Positions 8,932 through 18,526 of a stretch of 56,723 nt of DNA are shown in pieces. Every line of letters starts with the position of its first letter. The first letter of the stretch is position 1. The stretch covers positions 1 through 56,723 of the IMG/VR virus record IMGVR_UViG_3300037246_000975, one strand, 5' to 3'. The notes under the pieces were generated by a model. It was not told where the DNA came from. It ran no database searches and worked only from the letters and a program-made list of their open reading frames with translations. The DNA comes from a virus (Duplodnaviria; Caudoviricetes). Both the position numbers and the translations under genes were made by a program.

Positions 8932-10779
8932 TCATCCTACGATATTCCTTTGGCCTCGGATAATACGCCGGTTGTTTTTGTCTATGGCCGACTTACGGGC
9001 ATTTTTACTCAATATATCGAGCATCTCGTCCGTTACCTCCGCAGAAGATACTCCCGAAAGTAGGGGTGTCCCTTTTATAAGAGGTATATTCCTGCGGATG
9101 CGTTCAAGCAAACTGGGTTTGCCTTTTTCCCGGATGAATTTCCCACCACGATTCTTGACAACATATTGGTACATCGAGAGTGTATCAATAGCATCGTCGT
9201 GAGGCAGTAGAGCTAAGTCCGGTGTAAAATCCTCTGTCTGTTGATACAACTGGTCAAATGGCCACTTCCCAGCGAGATGAGCCGGATACTTTATTCTCCC
9301 GGGGCGATACCGCCACTCTATCCCGCAGATTCGATTGCTCTTGGACACACGAGCCGGATATGTAATTGGAAAAACTCTCGCTCTCCAAGGCTGTGATATT
9401 TTCTCCTCCATCTCTTCAATGTATTCCTTGACAGCCTCCGCAAAACTCATCTGAATACTCACGGCCTCTATCCCAAGTACCCTTGGTCTCCAAGCCAACC
9501 CCTTCTCATAAATCAATCTCAGAAGAGTTGCGTCCTTAGCCCGACCCAACCACATATCCAAAATCCACAAGGTGTTCGTAGTATCGAACCCAAGAATGAG
9601 AATACAAGAGTAATCATTATATTGAGACATTCCACTGCCGTAATCGAACAAAAGAATTCGATACATCGGCAATACGAGTTCTTTATAAGGCTTTTCATAG
9701 TCTTTATAAACCCTGTGACCCGGCTCCATAAACCGCTCTGACCATTTTATCAGGCCCGTATGAGTTAGTGGATTGTTCCAATCAAATTCTCCTTCAACGC
9801 TATATTCATTCTTGCGAGGGTCAATTACTAAAATACGGTCTTGTTCTGAGATGGGTTCATTGCAATATTCTGAGGCAAAGGCCGATGGGCCGATTTCTTC
9901 CCGCCGAGCTTCAAGAACAGCCTGAGACCATTTCTCCGGCCACAAAACATAGACTTTTTTAGGGTCATCTTTGTCATATTCTATTGCTTTCAGAATCTTA
10001 CGATTCCAGAAATCAAACCGAGGGTCGTCACTCCCCACAGCGTGATACAAGAAAGACCGCCTATTGATTAATGTCCCCGCCCAAAAAATAGAGGAACCAG
10101 ATTCGAGCATAGGAATAATTTGCCGAAACATAATCATCTCAAACTTCTCAATGACAGCTTGAGCAGCAGCTTGAGAATCAGAATCAGGGTCATTTTCAGG
10201 GTCGTCAAGTATAAATAATCTCGGCCTACCTCCCCGCTTCTTCCCCATCACGCTAAGACCTTTTATCACGGCCCCATTCATTAAACTTAATTGATGATGG
10301 TTCCAAATCTTCCGACCTCTCGGAGGCTTCATTTCTCCGAAGTCTTGAAGTATTAATTCATTTTCAGTGAATTGCTGTATCAACCTATCAAATCGTTCTT
10401 CAACAAGTCTATCTATCGCCTGTCCAATAGTCATCTCATAATGGGGGCGGGTCAGTCCTAATAGAAGGGGAATCTCCAATCCCATCACAAAACTCTTGCC
10501 ACTCCCTCTTGGGGCAGCAATAGCATTCCGACCGTGTTGGCCTAGATCAAAAACCATTTCATAGTGGAAATCTGCGGATTCCTCGAAGCCGTTTTTGTAA
10601 AATAACTTCCCCGCCCCCGCAAGATAGCATCTGCGGAAGAAATCCCAAGCCACTACCAAATCAAAAGGAGTCGATTGATTATGCAGAACGGCCAACCTCG
10701 CCTGCTTCTGAGCATCAGTCGATAACGAACCATAATCCCTCGGCAGTGGCCATATCGGAAATGGTCTTTTAATCCACAC
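8932..10779 (-). CDS. terL: Terminase large subunit
   Basis: Walker A AAPRGSGKS, Walker B FILDDPE, FASEY.NEP linker, RNase H-like nuclease residues (LLFDYG, DYS, HDDAIDTLS). Confidence 0.92.
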   Translation of the reverse strand: MWIKRPFPIWPLPRDYGSLSTDAQKQARLAVLHNQSTPFDLVVAWDFFRRCYLAGAGKLFYKNGFEESADFHYEMVFDLGQHGRNAIAAPRGSGKSFVMGLEIPLLLGLTRPHYEMTIGQAIDRLVEERFDRLIQQFTENELILQDFGEMKPPRGRKIWNHHQLSLMNGAVIKGLSVMGKKRGGRPRLFILDDPENDPDSDSQAAAQAVIEKFEMIMFRQIIPMLESGSSIFWAGTLINRRSFLYHAVGSDDPRFDFWNRKILKAIEYDKDDPKKVYVLWPEKWSQAVLEARREEIGPSAFASEYCNEPISEQDRILVIDPRKNEYSVEGEFDWNNPLTHTGLIKWSERFMEPGHRVYKDYEKPYKELVLPMYRILLFDYGSGMSQYNDYSCILILGFDTTNTLWILDMWLGRAKDATLLRLIYEKGLAWRPRVLGIEAVSIQMSFAEAVKEYIEEMEEKISQPWRARVFPITYPARVSKSNRICGIEWRYRPGRIKYPAHLAGKWPFDQLYQQTEDFTPDLALLPHDDAIDTLSMYQYVVKNRGGKFIREKGKPSLLERIRRNIPLIKGTPLLSGVSSAEVTDEMLDILSKNARKSAIDKNNRRIIRGQRNIVG

Positions 10780-10934
10780 TATTTCTGTTGTCCTAATTCA
10801 AAATTCTTATGACACCATTCACATTGTAGGAGGTCGCCTTCTTCGCATGGCCCATCATGTTCACTCCTTACCCCACAATAAGGACATCTTGCCGTAATGG
10901 TTCGATATTGTTGCCACTTATGACTTTTTCGCAT
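10779..10934 (-). CDS. Small Zn-ribbon protein
   Basis: MRKSHKW...CPYCG...CEWC (3' part of ORF 10779..11027); abuts the terL start. Confidence 0.55.
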   Translation of the reverse strand: MRKSHKWQQYRTITARCPYCGVRSEHDGPCEEGDLLQCEWCHKNFELGQQK

Positions 10935-11772
10935 TGTCCAACTCCTTGAGAGCAGGTAAGGTACGGATGACATCGAAGAATGCGATGGTTGTAGCGATAC
11001 CGGCTGTCCACGCCGAATTGCCAGCATTGCTACCCATCACAATTTTCAGACTGGGCCAGATGCCTTCAATATAGCCGGGTTGATTCAGGAGAGCCAAAAC
11101 CATATCGGGAATCATAGCCCTGTCTTGAAAGTCCCACATTGTAGTTGAAGGAGTCATCAATGGCTCAGCACACAAAGACACTATATGAAAAGCGACAGTG
11201 TTCAAAACAAACCCATCTTCCAGAATATACTTTTTTAAGTTTGTGAATTCAATATCCTCCGCAGGTTTAGCTCCGGCAATGCCTGTATCGTATGTGTGCT
11301 TTACTTTGAAATCAGATGGTAGTTTCTCTATACCGGGAATAGGTGTTGCAACAGGGTAAAACTCTTTTTCATTTTTAGGGAAAGATTCTGCCGTATAGTC
11401 TGTTTTATCAGTCTTCTGCGGAGGAGATTCCGGGGAAGAGGTCTTGGTCACAGGTTGGAGGTCTGGTTTTGATGCAGGGATTTTCGGAATTTTGTGGGTG
11501 GGCATCGTCGTTTGGGGTTCCTCCGGGTACTGGTCTTGGAGTCTCTCCTCCGTCTGGCGGTTCAGTTCCTCCAGAGTCAGCATCTCCTGGGGGGAAGGCT
11601 CGTCGGGTATCAAGGATGGGTTCATCGGAATTAGAATTGTTCCTTTTTGTACTTCTTTCTTCACAACCTTGGCCACCTTTTGAAGTTCCTCGCTGGTTAA
11701 TTTCGCAGGAGGAGTCGCTCGGTCGCCTATCGCTTTCTCGATTGGGTTCGGTTCGGGTTTCTTTTTTGTCAT
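10918..11772 (-). CDS. Hypothetical protein with Pro/Lys/Glu-rich N-terminal half
   Basis: 284 aa; AAGGA RBS; 5' third overlaps the upstream gene. Confidence 0.65.
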   Translation of the reverse strand: MTKKKPEPNPIEKAIGDRATPPAKLTSEELQKVAKVVKKEVQKGTILIPMNPSLIPDEPSPQEMLTLEELNRQTEERLQDQYPEEPQTTMPTHKIPKIPASKPDLQPVTKTSSPESPPQKTDKTDYTAESFPKNEKEFYPVATPIPGIEKLPSDFKVKHTYDTGIAGAKPAEDIEFTNLKKYILEDGFVLNTVAFHIVSLCAEPLMTPSTTMWDFQDRAMIPDMVLALLNQPGYIEGIWPSLKIVMGSNAGNSAWTAGIATTIAFFDVIRTLPALKELDNAKKS

Positions 11773-12133
11773 TTTCAGGTTCCTTAATAGTAGATTCTAT
11801 TTGTTTTGTTGGATTCAAAATACCAGCGATACGTTTCGCAGAAAAGGTAGTCGAGCCACCTTGGGCATTAGGGAATGTTTGAGACACTTTCGCAGTGTAT
11901 CCAGCAGTCTCGGCAGCTTCCCGAAGTAGTTCCCGCAAATATTTAATTGCCTTGAATTTAACTGAACTATTAGTATTTTGTTGGGCAAGTTTCACCGTCT
12001 CTTTAATTTCAATGGAATATGACCATCCTAACTGGCGGAATAGGTTTGTAATAATACTTGGATCATTAAAACTCTGGATTGCAGCCAGGACATCATCAGG
12101 ACTTGGCTCTGATTTTTCAATTTCATCAAGCAT
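11408..12133 (-). CDS. Hypothetical protein, terminase small subunit candidate
   Basis: ATG 12133 (MLDEIEK) coupled to the upstream stop; helical 'VKFKAIKYLRELL' core; upstream of terL. Function is inferred from position only. Confidence 0.5.
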   Translation of the reverse strand: MLDEIEKSEPSPDDVLAAIQSFNDPSIITNLFRQLGWSYSIEIKETVKLAQQNTNSSVKFKAIKYLRELLREAAETAGYTAKVSQTFPNAQGGSTTFSAKRIAGILNPTKQIESTIKEPENDKKETRTEPNRESDRRPSDSSCEINQRGTSKGGQGCEERSTKRNNSNSDEPILDTRRAFPPGDADSGGTEPPDGGETPRPVPGGTPNDDAHPQNSENPCIKTRPPTCDQDLFPGISSAED

Positions 12134-12377
12134 TGTAGGACATCTTGCCCCCAAATCTTTTAACCAGTTTGTCGTGAAATTCCTGACCGGACTCTGCGAT
12201 GACAGCAGGACTCGAACTACAAGCTGTCCCCTTACCGTCAAGACCTAATCCAGTCCAGAACAACACGCCTGGAGCGAAATCAAAGTCATCCTTGCTTCCG
12301 GTAACGATGAATGGACGACCGACAGTACAAACACAGACTTTACCAACTAAATTTTCATTTGGATTTGGCATTCTCAT
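12126..12377 (-). CDS. Hypothetical protein
   Basis: 83-aa ORF tightly packed in the operon. Confidence 0.6.
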   Translation of the reverse strand: MRMPNPNENLVGKVCVCTVGRPFIVTGSKDDFDFAPGVLFWTGLGLDGKGTACSSSPAVIAESGQEFHDKLVKRFGGKMSYNA

Positions 12378-12378
12378 T

Positions 12379-12765
12379 TTACAATCCCTTCATTGGTTTT
12401 TTAATTTCGGGTTTAGGTACATCGAAATATATGATGAACGTAGGTTTTTTTGCTTTCTTGGCTTTTGCGATTGTGTCGGCGGTTCCAGCAGATTTACCAT
12501 CCCAGAAAACCAACAGCATATCACAGTTATCAACTATCAACTGGTTGCGGATGAATCCTGCCGACTTACCATATTTACTCCATTCAGCTAAGAACCTTTT
12601 AACTGGAATATGATAATAAATTGCATATCTCTCTCCAAGACTATCTGCCCCCGCCGCCCCACCAGATATGATTTCTTCAATATTCTCAAACAAAAACAAA
12701 CCCATATATTTTAGCAATAAATCATAGTTGTTAAAATATCTACTCCCGGCGATTGCTAATTTCAT
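12379..12765 (-). CDS. SLOG-family (YspA/DUF2493-like) protein
   Basis: MKLAIAGSR, IISGGAAGADSLGE, YGKSAGFIRN, FWDGKSAGT motifs. Confidence 0.85.
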   Translation of the reverse strand: MKLAIAGSRYFNNYDLLLKYMGLFLFENIEEIISGGAAGADSLGERYAIYYHIPVKRFLAEWSKYGKSAGFIRNQLIVDNCDMLLVFWDGKSAGTADTIAKAKKAKKPTFIIYFDVPKPEIKKPMKGL

Positions 12766-13184
12766 TTTTCACCTTCTTTCTGGGGAGGATGGGTAATCAA
12801 CTTCTTAAGCACAGAACTATCCCGACCAGAAGCGGCAATCATCTCTGCCAAGATTCGGGGGGATGTTGCTTCCAAAAGAATCTCGTCCGTGACTTTAACG
12901 AGAAAACCTTGTTCTCTTAATTTGGCGTTGCCCTTGGCTGTACTTGTGGGGAAAATGAAACCAGGACTCCCCGGACGGCTAAGAACAAACATAATTCTAT
13001 TGAAAGTGGATAGGCAGAAGAAAACCTCATCCTTGAGGTAAAGCGGTTTGATTCGGAGAGCTTTAAGATACAACAAGGCAATCTTTCTTGAAATCCCAAA
13101 CGTAGTCTCTAAATGGGAAAGCTCAACTAATTCCCCGAACCCGAAATCATAGACTTTAGGCAAATTTAATGGTAACTGAATCAT
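12762..13184 (-). CDS. Hypothetical protein, possibly DNA-binding
   Basis: 140 aa; first gene after the 13207-13234 promoter; AAGGA RBS. Confidence 0.6.
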   Translation of the reverse strand: MIQLPLNLPKVYDFGFGELVELSHLETTFGISRKIALLYLKALRIKPLYLKDEVFFCLSTFNRIMFVLSRPGSPGFIFPTSTAKGNAKLREQGFLVKVTDEILLEATSPRILAEMIAASGRDSSVLKKLITHPPQKEGEK

Positions 13185-13206
13185 TATTTCCTTTCTCTGT
13201 ATTCTT

Positions 13207-13234
13207 ATTATAGCAGATATTGGACATTTTTCAA
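13207..13234 (-). promoter_or_regulatory. sigma70-type promoter
   Basis: TTGAAA-16-TATAAT with TGn extension. Confidence 0.55.
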
Positions 13235-13692
13235 GACTTTTTTAATCCTGCTATAGCTACTTGATATGTGGTTGTTTTTGGAGGCCACTCCAATTCAATA
13301 TCGGCATTGTCCTCCATTAAGTCGGTGACATTGACTCCCATTGCCTCTGGGCAAGTTGTTATATGATGATGAGGAAGCATTTTTTTGGCTCTCGTAATCT
13401 CGGCCTTGAGGTTTTTCCTGGCCGTACCTTGCCAGTATAGACAACAGTATAGTTGCCGGTCAGTCCAGTCAGAATGCTTTTTCCTCATCTTCTTGACGTG
13501 AGTAGCCAAATCAAATTCCGTATAAATTAAATAAAAGTCTTGGTCAAATATGTCAAAAAATAATTTCTGTTGAGGAGGACAACCTTTCTTTTTACCGTAG
13601 TTGGGACATCCTTTGGTGTGGCCCGGATAGGATTGACGACATAGTTTTTGAAACATAGGATCAATATTTATGGTATGAATATTATATATCAT
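13231..13692 (-). CDS. DUF2284-like predicted metal-binding protein
   Basis: C...GCPNYGKK.GCPP and PEAMGVNV motifs. Confidence 0.7.
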   Translation of the reverse strand: MIYNIHTINIDPMFQKLCRQSYPGHTKGCPNYGKKKGCPPQQKLFFDIFDQDFYLIYTEFDLATHVKKMRKKHSDWTDRQLYCCLYWQGTARKNLKAEITRAKKMLPHHHITTCPEAMGVNVTDLMEDNADIELEWPPKTTTYQVAIAGLKKS

Positions 13693-15233
13693 TTTTGATT
13701 TTTCCTTAGTGCTGTGGAGGCTGCGTCAATAATTCTCTGCCTGCTTTCAGAGACGTGCGGTAGGCTCTCATTTGGACGATGACATTTGCCGCCTGCGGAG
13801 TCTTTTGTCGTCCTGACCGTCTCCATGTTCTTAGTAACAGGCAGAGATGTTTCTAAAGTGATTTCTTGACCTGAGACTGCTGCGATGCGTTTTACGGCGA
13901 TTTCACAATATTCTCGTTCCTTCTCAATGCCGATGAAGTTGATGCTAAGTTCTTTGCAGGCTATTCCTGTCGTGCCGGAGCCGAGGAATGGATCAAGGAT
14001 TATTTGGTCGGAGCCGGGCATCTTGAGAAGCGTACACAGATATTTCATTAAGGCAAGAGGCTTAACTGTAGGGTGTATGTTCTTCCTGATTGTTTCGCCA
14101 CGCTGATAAGGATTGTCGATTGGGGTATCTCTACCGTCGTTTACTTTTTCACCAGATTGATCGTCCAATCCCACATTACGTTCTTTGCGAGAAGTTTTAG
14201 CACAATAGAAGAATCGAGAAGCCCCCCCGGAATCATTATGTCCCCTTATTCCGTGTAAGTCACCACTTGGATTTCTAAATGTATCACCATCTATGCCTTT
14301 ACCCTTATCGGCCCTTTTGCTTGTAGTTATTCCAGTTTGTTCGTCCAGCATCGCCGCCGCTTCTTCGTCGAGGATTAAATTGGCAGGCCATCGACCTTGA
14401 ACTTCTTGGCCTTGATATGTTATACCACTCCCAGGAGAACAATTAAATGTGTCTTTTTTAGCTTTTGCGGGTGTGCTAAATCGTTTCTCTGTTCCGATTC
14501 GGGCAGCGTCGATGTTTAGGCCAGCGACTCCGTGTGCCTCGGCGTTGTGGGCGAATGTGCCATCAAGAGGCTTCATTGCCACGATGATAGGCTCCCAAGC
14601 AGGCTTGAGGGCTGTACCGTAGCCATCCCAGACCTCCGCAAGAGAAGTGGCGGGAGCGGTTTCAGTAAATGGTTTATCCCACACATAATTATCATCATCA
14701 TAAGTTTTCGCTCCACCCCCTTTATTTCCATTAGTTCTAATTTTTGTGATTTTTCGTGTGGCTCCGGCGATTTTGTCGATGGCTTTGCTGATGTTGTGGG
14801 ATTTGGGGAAGCCTGAGCCATAGAGCCACATCATACAGTCTCGGATTTCCCAGCCAGCGTCCTCGATGGCACAGGCGAGACGATGGTAGGTGCGGGTTCC
14901 GCCGAAGCAGAGCAGGAAGCCCCCGGGTTTGGTGATTCGCAGCATTGTTTTAGCCCAAGCCGTGAACCATTGCTGAAATTGGGCATTGCGAGAGAAATCA
15001 TAAGAACCGGCTGCGTTTGATCTATGAGTTCTCATAATTCCCACTGCGGGTCTTTTGTTATCTTGTCTCATCCTCTCATCAATAGAGTTCAGGCTGAAGG
15101 TGTCCCAGTCCTTGCCCATAAAGCCGATACCATAAGGGGGGTCGGTGACGATGGCGGAGATGAAGTTGGATGGCCAAGATGAGACGACTTCGAGATTACC
15201 TCCGCAGAAGATTTTGTTTTTTAGTGGGTTCAT
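13689..15233 (-). CDS. Site-specific DNA methyltransferase (N6-A/N4-C, beta class)
   Basis: Catalytic VTDPPYG, then HPTVKP and SAM-binding LDPFLGSGTTG; likely start MNPLK at 15233. Confidence 0.92.
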   Translation of the reverse strand: MNPLKNKIFCGGNLEVVSSWPSNFISAIVTDPPYGIGFMGKDWDTFSLNSIDERMRQDNKRPAVGIMRTHRSNAAGSYDFSRNAQFQQWFTAWAKTMLRITKPGGFLLCFGGTRTYHRLACAIEDAGWEIRDCMMWLYGSGFPKSHNISKAIDKIAGATRKITKIRTNGNKGGGAKTYDDDNYVWDKPFTETAPATSLAEVWDGYGTALKPAWEPIIVAMKPLDGTFAHNAEAHGVAGLNIDAARIGTEKRFSTPAKAKKDTFNCSPGSGITYQGQEVQGRWPANLILDEEAAAMLDEQTGITTSKRADKGKGIDGDTFRNPSGDLHGIRGHNDSGGASRFFYCAKTSRKERNVGLDDQSGEKVNDGRDTPIDNPYQRGETIRKNIHPTVKPLALMKYLCTLLKMPGSDQIILDPFLGSGTTGIACKELSINFIGIEKEREYCEIAVKRIAAVSGQEITLETSLPVTKNMETVRTTKDSAGGKCHRPNESLPHVSESRQRIIDAASTALRKNQK

Positions 15234-15508
15234 TAGTTCATCCTTTCCGAGATTAGTTCGAGGAGGAGACAACCTGGAAATACGAGGGGGAAGATTCTGT
15301 AGGTGAGATGGGGATTGCCGTGATGTACCCAGTATTTCTCGGAGTGGAAACTCATGAGGACGGTGTCCCCGAAGTTTATGTTGGGGTGTTTTGGGAGAAA
15401 GAAGAAATGGTACATTTCCATACCAAGGTCATGAATGGTCACTACCTGATTCTCACCGTAACTGTACGATTCAATCACTTCTCCAATTATAGGTTCGTCG
15501 GTTATCAT
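15233..15508 (-). CDS. Hypothetical protein
   Basis: 91-aa ORF; stop overlaps the methyltransferase start. Confidence 0.6.
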   Translation of the reverse strand: MITDEPIIGEVIESYSYGENQVVTIHDLGMEMYHFFFLPKHPNINFGDTVLMSFHSEKYWVHHGNPHLTYRIFPLVFPGCLLLELISERMN

Positions 15509-15696
15509 AATCTGTTTATTTTTTTCTTTTTAGGATGACCCCACAAAGCAAACAGCAACCATCTTTGTCGATAGGTCTCTTACCTTGACAATAGTGACAA
15601 TCAACTATTTCACCAGTTGAGATGGGGGGCTTATATTTTTTACTTTTCATTTTAATTCCTGTCAAACCAATATTTTAACACCTTCTGCGGAGGAAG

Positions 15697-15864
15697 TCAA
15701 GTCTTTTCCCCGAATTTGTGAATATATCTATCTCCATGTGTATAGGTTATTGTGCAGTTTTCTTTCTTGTCTCGATGCTTAGCTCGATGTCTTGCGATTC
15801 CTAAGTAGTGGAACGCCTTATTGCAAGTCTCACAAAAACAGTTTTTTGCATAGGTTACTTTCAT
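15697..15864 (-). CDS. Small C2H2-type Zn-finger protein
   Basis: MKVTYAKNCFCETC...HRAKH; AAGGGA RBS. Confidence 0.55.
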   Translation of the reverse strand: MKVTYAKNCFCETCNKAFHYLGIARHRAKHRDKKENCTITYTHGDRYIHKFGEKT

Positions 15865-16220
15865 TTTTAATCCCTTTCGTCCATAAAGAATAACTCTCCG
15901 CATTCTTCACATTCAATCTCCTCATCCTTTTCAAGTTCAACGGTAAACTCACCCCAACACCTGGGGCAAATAACTTCTGTTTCATCTGGCATTATTTACT
16001 CCTATAAGTGTTATATTCGTTATAGTTGGAACCAAGGTTATCAACGAGTTTGATAATGTAGGGCAAAAAGTGGCATTTTGGGGCCGTGAGCCAAGATTTC
16101 GCTTGCGGAGCAGAGGGGAAGTGGTTGTGATAGTCTGGGATATTAGGCTAATAATGAAGATTATCAATTCCTCTCTCCCTGTGCTCTGCATTTTGATAGT
16201 CTGGCCTCTGGTTGTAGTGG

Positions 16221-17324
16221 TTATGATGATTGTAGCCTCCATTCCCAACGGATTATATGAAGGCTTCCTTTGGGTCGGATGGGGATGCCTAAGATGCCCA
16301 TTGACTTTTTTACTCGGTTTAGGGTTGCGGAAGAATAACCCAAGTCTTTACCTTCCTCGAAGATTAGTTTGGAATCGACTGGGCCTTCGGACAGGAAGGA
16401 TTCGAGCCACTCGGAGGCGTCGGTTTGTTTGCGTGGGCGACCTCCGGGTTGCTTTCGGGGGGCCAAGAGTTCGGCGGCTGTTAGATGGACGGGTTCTTTC
16501 TCGAAACAGACTTGAGAGTAGAAGTCTTTCCTTTCGGTTCCGGGTTGTTGGACTAAGACGTTCATGAGGCGGTAGGCCAGGCCGGTGTTGCGGGGGCAGA
16601 GATTACCCTTGAGCCAAACCATGTAGCGGCGATCTTCGGCATCTGGGTCTTGGGCGATGAGCCAGCACATTCGGGCGGCGTTTTGTTGGCCTACGGAGCC
16701 GAGGAGTCGGAAGTCGGCGGATGAGTCCTCTTTTTTGTTGAGGTGGGTTATGCCAATCATGGCTAAGTTGTAATCCGCTGCGATTTCTCCAAGAGGACGG
16801 AGGAAACTCCTGACTGCTATATTGTCATTGGAATCGGCTCCTATACCCATATAAGAGGTGTAGGGGTCTATACCCACGAGTTTTGGGTTAGGGGCTTTGT
16901 CGAGGACTTCTATAAGCATATCTAAGTCGCCCGTTTTAGATTTAGAGAGATTGTCGATGCCCACGAGTCCGGTCTCGCCATTGTCCAGGGTTACTTTCTT
17001 GCCCTTGAGGATGCAGAGTCGGCTGATATCGGCCTGCATAGCCATTAGACGGGGTATTATTATGTCGCCCGGTTGATCTTCGGCGGAGAGCAGAATGCAG
17101 TCAGCGGGTTCTCGGGTTGTTCCGGGAGGGTCGTCAATCCAGGGTCGGCCCGTAGTTATTTGGGCAATCATGTATAGGAGAAGGGTTGACTTGCTGACTC
17201 CTCCGATTCCCGCCATTATAGCGAGCATTCGTAGAGGCCAGCGATTAGGCCAGAGCCAGTCGATAAATTCGACCTTAACTTTGTCGCCCCAGATAAAATC
17301 GGCTTCTTTTTTAACTATGCCCAC
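16221..17324 (-). CDS. RecA-family AAA ATPase / RepA-like (AAA_25) helicase
   Basis: Walker A AGIGGVSKST, LSAED, Walker B LVGIDP, ITHLNK, LGSVG, K.N arginine-finger region; C-terminal winged-helix-like tail. Confidence 0.85.
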   Translation of the reverse strand: MGIVKKEADFIWGDKVKVEFIDWLWPNRWPLRMLAIMAGIGGVSKSTLLLYMIAQITTGRPWIDDPPGTTREPADCILLSAEDQPGDIIIPRLMAMQADISRLCILKGKKVTLDNGETGLVGIDNLSKSKTGDLDMLIEVLDKAPNPKLVGIDPYTSYMGIGADSNDNIAVRSFLRPLGEIAADYNLAMIGITHLNKKEDSSADFRLLGSVGQQNAARMCWLIAQDPDAEDRRYMVWLKGNLCPRNTGLAYRLMNVLVQQPGTERKDFYSQVCFEKEPVHLTAAELLAPRKQPGGRPRKQTDASEWLESFLSEGPVDSKLIFEEGKDLGYSSATLNRVKKSMGILGIPIRPKGSLHIIRWEWRLQSS

Positions 17325-17563
17325 AAGAACTTCCTGAATATGTTCAGTATATTTCTCCTCGTCTTTTTCAGTTTACTTAGATTACCGTTCTCGCAAGCTC
17401 TAAGCCAGTTACACTCTTCACAGGAGGGACTGTAGGGACAATATCCGTATTTGTCACGAAAGTTTTTCATGAAGTGTTCCTTAAAAATAGTGGGGGCCGG
17501 AAAGCGGTCAGGAAAACCGACCCCCTGAATGGCCTGTGAGCCATTTGGTGTGTATGATTGCAA
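17315..17563 (-). CDS. Small Cys-rich protein
   Basis: CPYSPSCEEC...C motif; first gene after the 17597-17624 promoter. Confidence 0.5.
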   Translation of the reverse strand: MQSYTPNGSQAIQGVGFPDRFPAPTIFKEHFMKNFRDKYGYCPYSPSCEECNWLRACENGNLSKLKKTRRNILNIFRKFLWA

Positions 17564-17596
17564 TTACCTGACCGCATTCTTTCCTTCATACTATTC

Positions 17597-17624
17597 ATTA
17601 TAGCCGATGTCGGAAAGTTGTCAA
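17597..17624 (-). promoter_or_regulatory. sigma70-type promoter
   Basis: TTGACA-16-TATAAT. Confidence 0.6.
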
Positions 17625-17632
17625 GGGGAATG

Positions 17633-17875
17633 TTACTGGCAGTCGGGACAAGGGCAATCTGCATAGCAGTTTCCGTCTTCTGCGAGACACTTTCCACAGC
17701 CATCTTCAGGTTTTTTGATTTTGGTATCGTTGCAAGTTGGACAGGGAAGGAGGGTGAGAGCTTCACGAGCAAGGTATCCGATAGGCCCATCACTTACAGT
17801 GAGTGGTTCTGTATTTGTAATTGTGATTATGCTTATAAGTTTTGTGCGGAGTTGGATGATTTGGTCAGGGGTCAT
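17633..17875 (-). CDS. Small Cys-rich hypothetical protein
   Basis: CPTC, CGKC and CPCPDC motifs; ATGA overlap with the upstream gene. Confidence 0.6.
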   Translation of the reverse strand: MTPDQIIQLRTKLISIITITNTEPLTVSDGPIGYLAREALTLLPCPTCNDTKIKKPEDGCGKCLAEDGNCYADCPCPDCQ

Positions 17876-18177
17876 TTTGGTTCCTCCGGGATTTTTGTTG
17901 CTCGATATTCGGGGATGGATTCACCTGCACAGGTATATCGCAGGATATTGCCGTTGGCATTTTTAACGTGTATTTCAACTTCGCCACCGTCTAATAAGTT
18001 GTAGTCCCCGACATCATATTCTTCGGCTCTTTTAACGGCAGCGAATTCGGATGAATAAGCGTATGTGTCCTGCCAATCATCGTCTCCGTCGTAGTCAGGG
18101 ATATGAGTTTTCCATAGAGGAGGACACTTGTGGGTAGTATCCCATTTGAATTCTTTGCAGATTTCACATCTTGCCAT
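17872..18177 (-). CDS. Hypothetical protein
   Basis: 101 aa; GAAAGGA RBS. Confidence 0.65.
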   Translation of the reverse strand: MARCEICKEFKWDTTHKCPPLWKTHIPDYDGDDDWQDTYAYSSEFAAVKRAEEYDVGDYNLLDGGEVEIHVKNANGNILRYTCAGESIPEYRATKIPEEPK

Positions 18178-18192
18178 TTTGTGTTCCTTTCT

Positions 18193-18228
18193 AAAAAGAG
18201 AGACTAAGTTAGTTCCCAGTCTCTCTCG
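18193..18228 (-). terminator. Intrinsic terminator
   Basis: GAGAGACTGG...TTAGTCTCTC then TTTTT. Confidence 0.6.
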
Positions 18229-18273
18229 GGCAGTTGCCCTTATACCATAACGAAGGTGTTACCTCGGTTATTG

Positions 18274-18486
18274 TCAATTTGTTTTGTCGCGTTCCAAAGT
18301 GCCGGTACAACCACAATTTCCACATTCCATATCACTGACGTGAGGCCAAACTTTCCGGCCTTTAGGAATTTCAAGAGGAACTACACACGGACGCCCAGCT
18401 CCTTCGATAGATAGATTGGGGGTCGTAGGGGTATGTCCACAGTTGTTGCAGACTGTTTCGATTGTGTACGTTTTCTTGTCGGACAT
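18274..18486 (-). CDS. Small Zn-ribbon protein
   Basis: CNNCG...CGNCG; GAAAGGA RBS. Confidence 0.65.
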   Translation of the reverse strand: MSDKKTYTIETVCNNCGHTPTTPNLSIEGAGRPCVVPLEIPKGRKVWPHVSDMECGNCGCTGTLERDKTN

Positions 18487-18526
18487 TTTTGGTTCCTTTC
18501 GATTAAGGTTTCGGTTTTAGAAAAAT

